Shown here: one piece after another, positions 1 through 9,231 of the stretch
How positions within the stretch are numbered: position 1 is the stretch's first letter
Layout of the letters: every line of letters starts with the position of its first letter
Assembly (NCBI GenBank): GCA_029098125.1
Contig: JAQXNS010000009.1
Coordinates: forward strand, 6,556-70,555
Length of the DNA stretch: 64,000 nt
Reading direction: 5' to 3'
Source: a bacterium
GTDB lineage: Bacteria; Bacillota_I; Bacilli_A; RFN20; CAG-826
Notes under the pieces: generated by a model
Told to the model about the DNA's origin: nothing
The model's input: the letters and a program-made list of their open reading frames with translations, nothing else
The model's database searches: none
Program-made: the position numbers and the translations under genes

Positions 1-736
1 TGTATTCCTCTTTATTTTGTCCTAAAATGTCAATCATTGATACAAGTTTATTCTTATCTATCTTATAGTTTTTATGATTATCAGTTTGCTTTAAATAAAC
101 GCTAATTTTATTTGCGCTAAGGAATAGTTTCAAAAGTAATTCTTCAATTTTCGAAAAAGCAATGGTTGCATCTTTGTTTTGCTTCTCTGTAATTATTTTT
201 TTTACAGCATAAGGGACAAACGAGCACATTTCTAGGTCAACGCCATGAAGATTGTCGGTTAACGAAGAAGAATTTTTTTTGTCCATTTCTAAAAGAGTAC
301 CATTATGACTTTCTAGAAGATTTTTATATTTTCCGTTTATTGAGCGATCAGAAAGTATTCCTATTTCTTCTTTTTCTATACAATAGCAACCATAAAATTC
401 TTTATAAGCTAGATTAATAGAATGTTTCAAAAGCGTATCTTCTCTAACGTGATATAGCACTGATAAAGAAAGTTGCTTATTTTTATAATTTATAAGCTTG
501 ATTAATTCTTCTTTAACATCGTTTTGATTTAAATAATTGATGTCTGTAACAATGTTTTTATATATATCTATAGCAGTTATGATGGCGGTTTTTCCTGCGC
601 CGTTATATCCAAAAATACCTTTAACCTTGTCAACGCTTTTTATACCTTTTTCAACGATTGTATTTATAAAATCTATGCAAATTTCATTTTCAATATTTTT
701 AATACCATTAATTTTTATTTGTAAAATGCTTTCCAT
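1..736 (-). CDS. P-loop NTPase (AAA/ABC-type ATPase), N-terminal part; gene runs off the left edge of the window
   Basis: Minus-strand ATG at 736..734 preceded by GGAGG (rc of 741..747); translation MESILQIKINGIKNIENEICIDF...GIFGYNGAGKTAII (Walker A) reads without stop to position 1; absent from ORF track only because no stop lies in the window. Confidence 0.55.
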   Translation of the reverse strand, partial: MESILQIKINGIKNIENEICIDFINTIVEKGIKSVDKVKGIFGYNGAGKTAIITAIDIYKNIVTDINYLNQNDVKEELIKLINYKNKQLSLSVLYHVREDTLLKHSINLAYKEFYGCYCIEKEEIGILSDRSINGKYKNLLESHNGTLLEMDKKNSSSLTDNLHGVDLEMCSFVPYAVKKIITEKQNKDATIAFSKIEELLLKLFLSANKISVYLKQTDNHKNYKIDKNKLVSMIDILGQNKEEY

Positions 737-1319
737 AATAACCTCCTATCAAAATTATTACATTTTGTAATTATTTTGTAAATGTTTGTTGTTAATGACT
801 TATACTAAAGAGCAGTCTTCATCATAGGAAATGAGCATGTAAGCAAACTAGATTTAATAAATCTGAATAAAGTATTTCAAGGAACGCATAAAATCAAAGT
901 AAGAGCTCATTTTGCACAGTTAACTTTAGTACCTTTTAATACTTAATTTTGACTTGCGGAGGAAGGACTTAAACATTTTTTGGTAAAAAATATCTTGCTC
1001 AAATCAATTATTTTTATTTTGGTCGTATCATGCAATAGCTTAATTTTGATAATTTAATCGATGACTCTTTTAGAAAATAAAGCACATATCATCTCTATTT
1101 CTCTAGATATAATGTCTGAGATCTTAATTAACAACCTTTAGTTTTTATCATCAAGGATGTTTTACTTTTGCATTCATTAAGATGTTTAGCTTATAAACAT
1201 GCACATAGAAAACACAATTAAAATATTTACAATTTTTATTAAAATATATTAAAAATATGATAAAATATGTCTACACTTGCCAGAAAATGGCAAGTAAATG
1301 CAAAAAAGGTGGTAATTTT

Positions 1320-2642
1320 ATGCTATTAAGATTTAAAACATCAAACTTTAAAGCTTTTAAAAATGAAGTAGAATTTATTATGTCTCCAGCTAAGGTGGAT
1401 GAGTTTTCATATAGTATTTTAGAAAAAACATATGGAGATAAATCTTCTAAAGCTTTATGTACTTCAATAATTTATGGTCCTAATGCAGCTGGTAAAACAA
1501 CAATTATTAATGCCATGTCCTGTTTTAAAAACATAATTTTAAGAGGCAATATACTTGATGATGATAAACGTAGTGATGATGTTGTATCTAACAATATGCA
1601 ATTAATTCCTTTTGCATTTAATGAGAATAATGAACCAGTAATGTTTGAACTTGAGTTCATATTTAATGAACATAAATATAAATACCATTTAGAAATGGAT
1701 TTAGGTCAATTTGGTGTTTCGTACAATGATAGAAAAATACTTATTGAAGAGCTCAGCGTAGATGATTACTTAATATTTAAGAGAACAAACAATGATATTG
1801 AAGTGGAACATCTAACAAAAATTAGCGAATTACTTTTAGATGGATTCGATAAAAATTTAGCAAAAAAGAATTTAGAAATCAGTAAATCAAATCTAGATCC
1901 AAAAACATTATTTTTAACTACAGATTTTGATTCAATCATTAGTAAAAAGATTAATTCAAATATAAAACTTTGGTTAAATGAATATTTTGTTGTTGTTAAC
2001 AAATCAAATATAAAAAGCCTTAGACCAGTTTATAACTTAAATGAAGATTCTATATATATTGAGAAAAATATAAATGATATAGCAAGAGAATCTGGAATTA
2101 TTGGAACTGATTTTGCTTATCATCATACTAAAGAGAATAAAACTGAGCTAGTTTCTCTTATTGGAACAAAAAACAAAGAGAGATTTGCTCTGCCTTCTGA
2201 ACTTGTTGAATCCCAAGGAACTTTTAGACTAATTGGAATTATTCCTTATATTTTCAATGTATTTAAAAATGGTGGAACACTAGTTATTGATGAACTTGAT
2301 GCTTCACTTCATCCAATGATTATTATGAACATTTTAAATATTTTTCATAATGATGAGATTAATAAAAATAAAGCTCAAATAATATTTAATACGCATAATC
2401 CAATTTATCTTGATAATCAATTAGTGAGAAGGGATGAAATTAAATTTGTTGAAAAAGATAAAGATACAAAAGCCAGTGTACTTTATGCTTTATCAGATTT
2501 TAAAACAACTGGTCCAACTGGAGTTAGAAATACCACAGACTATATGAAGAATTATTTTATTAATAGATTTGGGGCTATAGAAAATGTTGATTTAAGCGAC
2601 ATATTTTTAAATATTTTAGAAGAAGGAAATAAAAATGCCTAA
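1320..2642 (+). CDS. AAA_21/PrrC-N-like ABC-type ATPase (RloA/AbiLi-like defense ATPase)
   Basis: Walker A GPNAAGKTT, Walker B/D-loop region LVIDELDASLHP typical of AAA_21; start moved to ATG 1320 (MLLRFKTSNF) which has AAGGTGG 7 nt upstream; ORF-track start 1257 is in frame but lacks an RBS. Confidence 0.7.
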   Translation: MLLRFKTSNFKAFKNEVEFIMSPAKVDEFSYSILEKTYGDKSSKALCTSIIYGPNAAGKTTIINAMSCFKNIILRGNILDDDKRSDDVVSNNMQLIPFAFNENNEPVMFELEFIFNEHKYKYHLEMDLGQFGVSYNDRKILIEELSVDDYLIFKRTNNDIEVEHLTKISELLLDGFDKNLAKKNLEISKSNLDPKTLFLTTDFDSIISKKINSNIKLWLNEYFVVVNKSNIKSLRPVYNLNEDSIYIEKNINDIARESGIIGTDFAYHHTKENKTELVSLIGTKNKERFALPSELVESQGTFRLIGIIPYIFNVFKNGGTLVIDELDASLHPMIIMNILNIFHNDEINKNKAQIIFNTHNPIYLDNQLVRRDEIKFVEKDKDTKASVLYALSDFKTTGPTGVRNTTDYMKNYFINRFGAIENVDLSDIFLNILEEGNKNA

Positions 2643-2970
2643 TCTTAAACAAAGCTTAAGATATAATATTTCAGTTGAAGGAGAAGTCTGTGAAAAATTA
2701 TATTTTGAACATTTATCTAGGTTGATAAATGAATGTGACAAAGCAACTTATAAAGTTAGTTTTGACATTAAAAAGAAAAATCATAGTTCATTTTATAAAT
2801 CTAGAGTTAATACTTATGCAAGAAAGAAAAAAGGAAAAGCAAAAGAATGCATCACATATTTTCATGTTCAAGATATCGAATGCTACGAAACGCATAATGA
2901 TAAATTCGTTGCTTTGATAAATGAAATTAAAAAATTAGAGGAAGAGACTGGGGTTTATTATATCAACTAG
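2635..2970 (+). CDS. small Toprim-like/RloB-like partner of the upstream ATPase (possibly truncated)
   Basis: 8-bp overlap with upstream ATPase stop (translational coupling), AAGGAA RBS; N-terminal 'ISVEGEVCEKLYFEHL' resembles the (C/V)EGxxE..YF Toprim/RloB motif; only 111 aa, shorter than typical partners. Confidence 0.45.
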   Translation: MPNLKQSLRYNISVEGEVCEKLYFEHLSRLINECDKATYKVSFDIKKKNHSSFYKSRVNTYARKKKGKAKECITYFHVQDIECYETHNDKFVALINEIKKLEEETGVYYIN

Positions 2971-3095
2971 GGTATACAAATTATACTTTTGACCTTTGGA
3001 TTATCATTCATAAGAGGGACATGTTTCATTGCATAACAAATCGAGATAAATATTATAAAGATATTAACAAAGCTTTTAAGACTTCTTAAAACCAT

Positions 3096-3326
3096 ATGGA
3101 TGAATATAAAAAAGAAGAAGAGTTTAGAAAAATTCTTAACTCAATCACTCTTGATGATGTAATAAATGCTGTTGCTAGAGGTGAAAAAATTAGAAAAAAC
3201 CACGAAGATAATAACGACCATAAAGAAATTGTAAATGGATTTATTTATTATCGAAATAATCCTGACATGACTTTACATTCGATTGTAAAGCAAATATTAG
3301 TTGATGTTGGTATTTTGAAAAAATAA
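3096..3326 (+). CDS. hypothetical 76-aa protein; could be a detached C-terminal remnant of the truncated RloB-like gene
   Basis: ORF only; lies 125 bp downstream of the short RloB-like ORF; no recognisable motif. Confidence 0.25.
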   Translation: MDEYKKEEEFRKILNSITLDDVINAVARGEKIRKNHEDNNDHKEIVNGFIYYRNNPDMTLHSIVKQILVDVGILKK

Positions 3327-3388
3327 CCCAAAACTTTCTATGCGTATAATTTTTAAAGTAAATAAACAATTACATTAGTATTCATTTT

Positions 3389-3530
3389 AAAAAATACTCT
3401 TTGAATTGATAAAAATTTATTAGTCTTAACTCATGTTACTTTTTGAATATTTACAAAAATAGTGGAGTTATGCAGGGTTTTTGAGATACTTTTGAAATTT
3501 TAGCTCGTAAAAATCAAAATTTCAACGTGA
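3389..3530. repeat. about 140-bp dispersed repeat, copy A (contains REP-like core 3454..3485)
   Basis: Near-identical to 34949..35090: shared 'AAAAATACTCTTTGAATTGATAA' ... 'TTGAATATTTACAAAAATAGTGGAGTT(A/C)TGCA(G/A)GGTTTTTGA' ... 'TAGCTCG..AA.AATCAAAATTT'. Confidence 0.7.
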
Positions 3531-4437
3531 TTATCTGAATAATAAAATTTGTAGAGAAAAATTAAGCTATTATAGGAAATACATTTATAGTTCTTTTAAA
3601 AATTGTTCAATATTCTTATGCTGTTACTATTAAAGGAAAATCTTATCGTCTGAAACATTTATACGCGGATGCTGACCTTTCTGAGTAATTGAGTATTATT
3701 AAATGAAGAAAATGTCCGCACCCCCCCTTCCTACAATTCCATTATGATATTTAGAGATGACTGGTTAATATGTTTGAAGTTCAATGTTTACATATTTTTT
3801 TCTTTGGTTAATGTCATTATTATTGAAAAACTTGATCTTTGATTATTTATTATTTTAAGGAAATATCCAAAACTTAGGAAATGTGGCAAAATCCTTATGA
3901 TTAAAGCGAGTAATTTCTATAAGGAAAATTCCATATTTTACGTTTTGTGTCCATTTCCTTGATCATTTTTCCTTGTTTTTAATATTGAAGTAGCAAGGAA
4001 AGGAATTAGTTATAAGTAGAGAAGCAATTAGACAAGTTGCAATGAACGGTGCATTTTCTGAATACTCTTATCTGGAGTTTGAATGTACTGAATTTGTAAA
4101 CTTAAACCAGATACAAAACATGCGATCATTGGAACAAGTTTAACCACCGTATAATTTATTGAATTTGAAAGTGCCAGACAAGCTGAACGTGTATTAGTCA
4201 TAATTCAATAATGAGATGCTGTAGAGGTGTTGATAAGTGCAAATTTGGAAGTGGTTTTACTTTGAAAATTCAATTAGAACTATATCTATTGTTTATGGCT
4301 GAATATCTAATCAATAAAGAAATTTATGCAAATAAGCAAATGTTGAAAATGCAGTACATTAAACGGATAAAACAGATGTAAAAAGTGGCAAAAATACTTA
4401 CTAAACGTTAGTATAGATTGCACATTATTGAATAATT

Positions 4438-4490
4438 GTGGGGAAAAGGTACAAATACCACCTATAAAATGTGGGGAAAAGGTGCAAAAA
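4438..4490. repeat. two direct repeats 'TGTGGGGAAAAGGT(A/G)CAAA' spaced 32 bp, upstream of an AAA_14 gene fragment
   Basis: Seen directly at 4438..4458 and 4470..4490; lies 55 bp upstream of the RBS/ATG at 4546. Confidence 0.5.
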
Positions 4491-4545
4491 GCATTTTAAT
4501 TCTATTTGTAAATGCTGCAATTATGGCGAACGGAGGTGAACTCAA

Positions 4546-4692
4546 ATGGAAAAATTATTAAAGAGAAAGATCGATTCTTTTCTAGATGAGTGGAAAAAAC
4601 AATCTGATAGGATGCCTCTTATTGTTCGTGGTGCAAGACTAATTGGAAAAAGAGGATGCGGACATTTTTTTGGCACCAATGTCTTATATTAG
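4546..4692 (+). pseudogene. N-terminal fragment of an AAA_14/DUF4143-family ATPase (decayed paralog)
   Basis: GGAGGTG RBS then MEKLLKRKIDSFLDEWKKQSDRMPLIVRGARLIGKRGCGHF..* ; closely parallels the intact paralog at 56288 (KRKIDKYLDEWLLRKDKSPALVVGIRQCGKT) but the P-loop is broken (GKRGC) and the ORF stops after 48 codons. Confidence 0.5.
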
Positions 4693-4796
4693 TGTCGGAT
4701 GTGGCACTGATTGATATAAATACTTGACAAAAATGCAAAATATATAAAAACGTAAATTGAAATAATAAAATATTAGCAAAAAATGCTTTACAATAT

Positions 4797-4824
4797 TTGA
4801 CAAAATGTATAGACACTTTATAAT
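4797..4824 (+). promoter_or_regulatory. sigma70-like promoter TTGACA-16-TATAAT, likely leaderless start for the gene at 4831
   Basis: TTGACA 4797..4802, TATAAT 4819..4824, ATG at 4831 only 6 nt downstream with no SD. Confidence 0.45.
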
Positions 4825-4830
4825 TTAGTT

Positions 4831-5925
4831 ATGAAGCAAATTATCAAAGACCTAATCAGCAACTTGTGGAATGGTAAAGCAAATGTAATCCATGTTAATA
4901 AATCAATGGATGTCAGCGATTTTTTATTGTGTGATATAAAAAAAGCAATTGATGAGAATAGCGAAAACTATTTCTTTTTTTATGCGTATCCAGGCAACAT
5001 GAAAGACGTTGATTTGCTAAATAGCATTCAGAAAACAATGGATTTGTTAAAAGATAATAGGATGGTTTTTATAATCCAGGATCTTTTCTATTTTCAGTCT
5101 CCTCAAGCTATTATTAATGCATTTTATGGTAAAAAAAATATTACCGCTATCATCACAACAAATATTGATGTTGTTTATGCTTTAAAAAACGATGATACAC
5201 AAATACGTGGTCGCTACACGAGATATTTTTTGGCTCCTGAATTATATGGAGATTTAGTAGATACTAGTAATTACCATTTGGATGGGCTATTTAATTTCTT
5301 TTCCAAAAAAGAAGCAGCAGAAATATATAAGTATATTGTTTGGCATAGTGGGGAGGTTTTATCGTTTAGACAGATATATGAATCTATTAAGGTAAATAAA
5401 ACTCTTCCGTTTTATATTGAAGCGATTAATTATATGAATAAGGCTGGCATGATTTATATCCTTGAAAGAGTAGAGGTGAAAGAAGGAAAAAAACTGTCTT
5501 CTGGTATGGTTTTTTATCCAACTTATGTTTCTGATATTGATTTAACAGATTTGTCAAATGAAAAGAAATTCAAATTAAAAAACGAAGCTTATCTCGTTGC
5601 TAAAATGTTTTCTAATAATTGCATGGTTTATCGTGCAATATCTTATTATGGCGATACGATTGATGGAAAATATAAATCTAGAGTGGAATTCAACCGTGGA
5701 TTTCTAATTGAATATTATGACCGTAAATGCGTTATTAAAATTGATTTTGGCGATGATGATAATGCAATTGATAGATTTAAAAAAGCAAAGAGCAATATTC
5801 CTCATATGATTGCAGTTCTAGGGCAAATGGAATTAAGAGTAGACAAAGACGGTATGGCTTATTGTGGTTTACAAACGTTGTTTGAGAAAGGTTTAGATGG
5901 CTATGGCGGATTTCCAAAGAACTAA
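4831..5925 (+). CDS. degenerate AAA_14/DUF4143-like protein (P-loop lost), upstream member of a tandem pair
   Basis: N-term 'NGKANVIHVNKS' sits where paralogs have GxxRxGKT; C-terminal 'RVEFNRGFLIEYYDRKCVIKIDFGDDD' resembles the C-terminal (E/D)FV..IEVK block of 56288..57643; 29-bp overlap with the next gene. Confidence 0.45.
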   Translation: MKQIIKDLISNLWNGKANVIHVNKSMDVSDFLLCDIKKAIDENSENYFFFYAYPGNMKDVDLLNSIQKTMDLLKDNRMVFIIQDLFYFQSPQAIINAFYGKKNITAIITTNIDVVYALKNDDTQIRGRYTRYFLAPELYGDLVDTSNYHLDGLFNFFSKKEAAEIYKYIVWHSGEVLSFRQIYESIKVNKTLPFYIEAINYMNKAGMIYILERVEVKEGKKLSSGMVFYPTYVSDIDLTDLSNEKKFKLKNEAYLVAKMFSNNCMVYRAISYYGDTIDGKYKSRVEFNRGFLIEYYDRKCVIKIDFGDDDNAIDRFKKAKSNIPHMIAVLGQMELRVDKDGMAYCGLQTLFEKGLDGYGGFPKN

Positions 5926-7138
5926 AGAAGTTGATAAATTATTATCTTTTATTGGTAATGGCAAAGTTAATATTGTTGCTGGTTTAAGAAGAGCTGGAAA
6001 GACTTATCTATTAGATACAGTTTTTGTAAATAAACTAATTTATGAACTAAAAACCTATGTTGAAAAAGATATTGGTATTCTTTACCTTGATAGTTTCGAT
6101 AAGGATATAAGAACAGAGATTCAACTCGACTCTGCGCTTGCTAATTTAGCAAAAAATAATAAGAAAATCATCATTATTGATGAAGTTCAGTTGGCAACTG
6201 GCTTTGTTAATTCATTAAAAGCATTTGTAAAAATGCATCCAGAGATTTCCGTTTTTGTAACTGGATCTAATAGTGATATTCTTTCTAAACAGATTATCGC
6301 TATGTTCCAAGGTTCTGCGGAAACGCTTATTATAAATCCACTAACATATAACGAAATAATAGAAGAAATTCCTGACTATCCTATTGATACTTATGTTGCT
6401 TATGGTGGGTTGCCATATATTGTATTAGAAAAGCAAGAGAAAAAAGCGATAGAACTAGAAAAGATATTTAAAGAGTTATACGAAAGAGATGTTGAATCCA
6501 AAATAAATAAAACTTTGAAGTATTTATCAACTGTCCAAGCAAAAGAATTAATCAATCTAATTTCTTCTTCAGCTTCTCCGGTTAGCCCAGCTTCGATTGC
6601 GAAGAAGTTTTTGCGTGGTTTAACTAGGACGGGGTTAGATGAGGCTATTGTGGTAAAGGAAATCAACGACATTTTATCTGTTCTTGAAGATTGCTTTTTA
6701 TTAAAGCACATTTTAATAGACGATTATGAAAAAAGAACACCATTAGAGAATATTGGCCTTAATAAAAAATACTACTTTACTGACAATGGTTTGAGGTACA
6801 TTAATTGTTTGGACTTATCAAAGGTTATGGGTTATTGCTTAGAAAATGCTGTATTTATTCATCTTTCCATGAGAGGAATTATTCCGACAGGTTATCTTAT
6901 GCTTACTGAGAAAAATGACATAGGCGGTGAAATTGATTTTGATTATATGTTTGAAAAGAAACAATATCTTCTCCAAGTTACTCACACAATTAACGAAAAG
7001 GATTATAAAAGAGAGATTGAGAATCTTAAAGATTTACCTTCTTCATTCATAAAGCAAGTCGTATATATGAATAACATAACTGGAAAAGAGGAAGAAGGAA
7101 TTAATTATCTACGCGGCAAAGAATTCTTTACTAAATAA
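5897..7138 (+). CDS. AAA_14/DUF4143-family ATPase (archaeal-type 'ATPase AAA+ superfamily')
   Basis: Walker A 'IVAGLRRAGKTYLL', Walker B 'IIIIDEVQ', same family as 56288..57643. Confidence 0.65.
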   Translation: MAMADFQRTKEVDKLLSFIGNGKVNIVAGLRRAGKTYLLDTVFVNKLIYELKTYVEKDIGILYLDSFDKDIRTEIQLDSALANLAKNNKKIIIIDEVQLATGFVNSLKAFVKMHPEISVFVTGSNSDILSKQIIAMFQGSAETLIINPLTYNEIIEEIPDYPIDTYVAYGGLPYIVLEKQEKKAIELEKIFKELYERDVESKINKTLKYLSTVQAKELINLISSSASPVSPASIAKKFLRGLTRTGLDEAIVVKEINDILSVLEDCFLLKHILIDDYEKRTPLENIGLNKKYYFTDNGLRYINCLDLSKVMGYCLENAVFIHLSMRGIIPTGYLMLTEKNDIGGEIDFDYMFEKKQYLLQVTHTINEKDYKREIENLKDLPSSFIKQVVYMNNITGKEEEGINYLRGKEFFTK

Positions 7139-7555
7139 GAATTGTGCATACTAACATATGATTGAATTTTGATGTTTTGACTAACATATTCTTTTATTGC
7201 GTCAATTGTAATTGTAATTAGAACAACATTTCCAAAAAATCTAGTATTTTATATTGGCCTGTTAATATATTAATTTTAGAACCTAAATGATTTTAAAAAG
7301 TTTTGAAGATCTTTATTGTTTTATGGATATTAGTCCAGAAAATATGCAAGAACTTTTTTACAGTAACATATTCTGTTTAATTTGCCACATAATTAAAAAT
7401 TTTTTCACTTTTTAAAATATAATTCCTTCTTAACTTTCCTACATCTATTCCCATAATTCCTAATTACTGTAAGAAAATATTAACAACTGCTTGTTTGGGT
7501 ATAAAAAACATTGTTTATAGCAAACAAGGTAAAATGAGGTATAATAGAATTGATT

Positions 7556-8398
7556 ATGTGGAAAAAGAAAAATGCAATCAATTCTCTAAACTGGTCTTTA
7601 TCTATTTCTTCTTTTATTGGCACACTTTTGTCTTTTATATTACTTCCAAGTAATTTTTGGCGGGTTGGGTTAATTATATTTGTAGCAACATTCATAATAG
7701 TGTTTTTCACAATATATTTAGTTTTGAGATTTAAAAAGCGCCACAGAATCTCTGGCAGAGGCTCGGTTTTTATTGAATCTAGGTATGGTAATGTTTTGAA
7801 CATTAAAAAAGATAAACGTGAAAAATCAAAACCGGTTGTTGTAATTCCTGTTAATTCTTCGTTTGACACTATAGTAGAAGATAGCCCAAGCATTGTAGAC
7901 CGAATTGTTGAGGGGACTTCAATTCATGGACAATGGTTAAGACAATATTATTCAACACCTGAATCATTAGAAAAACTTGATAGGGATATTAGTCAATTTA
8001 TTGCTAACAAACATTGGATTCCTATTAAAGTGCTAGACAATAAAAGAGGCAAGAAAGATATTTATCCTCTAGGAAGCTATGTATTCGTTGAAACAAACGA
8101 TTGTATCTTTTTGCTATTCGCGTTAACTGAATTTAACGAATATAATAAAGTTGTAAAAAAAGATGCTGAGGAATTTACTATCTTAATGAAAAAACTTATG
8201 GATATTACTGATGAATGTGCCGGCAAACATGTCTATATTCCTGTAATGGGAACAAAAATTGCTCTTTTTGGAATTGATGATTTAGCTTCATTTGAATATA
8301 TAAAGAATGCAGCCTTAAATAAAAAATGTTCCTTGAGGGTGTCTATATCTATCGTCATCTTTGAAGAGTCTAGAGATAAAGTTTCAATCTATGATTAA
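7556..8398 (+). CDS. membrane protein with two N-terminal TM helices and a C-terminal Macro-like domain (candidate type II Thoeris ThsA)
   Basis: TM helices 'LSISSFIGTLLSFILL' and 'VGLIIFVATFIIVFFTIYLVL'; C-terminal 'VVVIPVNSSFDT...' and 'YIPVMGTKIALFG' resemble the Macro-domain VNAAN and IAxPxISTGxxG blocks; start moved to ATG 7556 (ORF-track 7550 is TTG); TATAAT at 7540..7545 directly upstream. Confidence 0.45.
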   Translation: MWKKKNAINSLNWSLSISSFIGTLLSFILLPSNFWRVGLIIFVATFIIVFFTIYLVLRFKKRHRISGRGSVFIESRYGNVLNIKKDKREKSKPVVVIPVNSSFDTIVEDSPSIVDRIVEGTSIHGQWLRQYYSTPESLEKLDRDISQFIANKHWIPIKVLDNKRGKKDIYPLGSYVFVETNDCIFLLFALTEFNEYNKVVKKDAEEFTILMKKLMDITDECAGKHVYIPVMGTKIALFGIDDLASFEYIKNAALNKKCSLRVSISIVIFEESRDKVSIYD

Positions 8399-8409
8399 GG
8401 AGGCACAAA

Positions 8410-9036
8410 ATGAGTCACCGAGTATTTATAAGTTTTAAAAAAGAAGATCGTCGATATAAAGATGCAATTGTTAAAAGACTTGAAGAAAAAGAAATACAAG
8501 TTAACCACTTAAATGAAACAATTCAATCAAACAATATAGATTATGTAATGCAACAAATTCGCGATAAATGGCAAGGTTCAACAACAGTTACTGTATTTTT
8601 GATTGGAGCGCATTCCTCTGAAAATGAGGGTGTTGATATATATGGAAGAAATCATCAAAGCTTTATTATTAGGGAGTTAAGATCAGCTCTTTCTGATAGA
8701 GACGGTAATCCTCGCGATGGTATTCTTGGCGTAGTTTTGCCAGAAATGGAACAAAAAGTTTATGGTGGTTCATACAAATGCGGACATTGTCAACAAGTGA
8801 TAAATGTCGTTAATATAAACGATTCAACTGTGATTAGGGAGTTCTCCAAGAATTATTACTTAAAAGCAGATCAATGTGGACATTATTGCGAAGATGGTCG
8901 TTTTTGTGTCTTGTGTCGATATAGTGAATTTATGAATGACCCTGAAAAATATATTGATAAGGCATATGATAAGATTAATGAACCAATTGCTAAGTGTGTA
9001 ACTTATAAAGGAATTAATCACAAAGGCAATTATTAG
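8410..9036 (+). CDS. TIR-like domain protein with C-terminal Cys-rich insert (candidate ThsB)
   Basis: AAGGAGG RBS; N-terminal 'RVFISFKKEDRRYKDAIVKRLEE' matches the (K)VFISYxxxD start of TIR/DUF1863 domains; CxxC...CxxxC...CxxC cluster near C-terminus; 12 bp after the TM-Macro gene. Confidence 0.5.
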   Translation: MSHRVFISFKKEDRRYKDAIVKRLEEKEIQVNHLNETIQSNNIDYVMQQIRDKWQGSTTVTVFLIGAHSSENEGVDIYGRNHQSFIIRELRSALSDRDGNPRDGILGVVLPEMEQKVYGGSYKCGHCQQVINVVNINDSTVIREFSKNYYLKADQCGHYCEDGRFCVLCRYSEFMNDPEKYIDKAYDKINEPIAKCVTYKGINHKGNY

Positions 9037-9231
9037 AACATTGTTTGTTACAATAATCCTAGCTACAATATCATGTTGATTAAAACACAGCCGTTCAACA
9101 ATTTATATATCCGAAATAATAATTAAAAAAGTCAAATTCTCTCCTTTGGTGTCCTATAGAAAAGTTTGTAAAATTGTGATAAATTTTTGATTTGTTGTTC
9201 ACAATTCCATTTGAGAATGTATAATACTATC

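Noticed and set aside
537-770. 77-aa plus-strand ORF
   Set aside because: It lies antisense within the well-supported minus-strand ATPase gene (1..736) and has low-complexity hydrophobic content typical of an AT-rich shadow ORF.
3700-3730. G/C-rich island 'GTCCGCACCCCCCCTTCC' in otherwise AT-rich spacer, with a partial reverse-complement 'TGCGGACAT' at 4660..4668
   Set aside because: The matches are too short (9 nt) and isolated to call an inverted-repeat element or a structured RNA. No function is assigned.
3330-4540. tRNA or other RNA genes in the long non-coding stretches (also 10450..10800, 34430..35330)
   Set aside because: No cloverleaf-compatible segments or conserved T-loop/GTTC motifs were found. 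These regions look like decayed, AT-rich intergenic DNA with repeat copies.
6400-6711. Minus-strand ORFs embedded in large plus-strand genes (also 13036..13311, 13594..13812, 28820..29245, 41718..42158, 48332..48799, 50354..50644, 59718..60161, 60558..60857)
   Set aside because: They are fully contained antisense within genes with strong motif support, and no RBS is seen. They are shadow ORFs.
4831-7138. Single frameshifted 777-aa gene formed by 4831..5925 + 5897..7138
   Set aside because: Each half is by itself the full length of an AAA_14/DUF4143 homolog (about 400 aa). The second starts with the family N-terminal P-loop region. They are tandem paralogs, not halves of one gene.
7480-7893. 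137-aa minus-strand ORF overlapping the start of the ThsA-like gene
   Set aside because: Antisense to a gene with clear TM and Macro-like features. No RBS.
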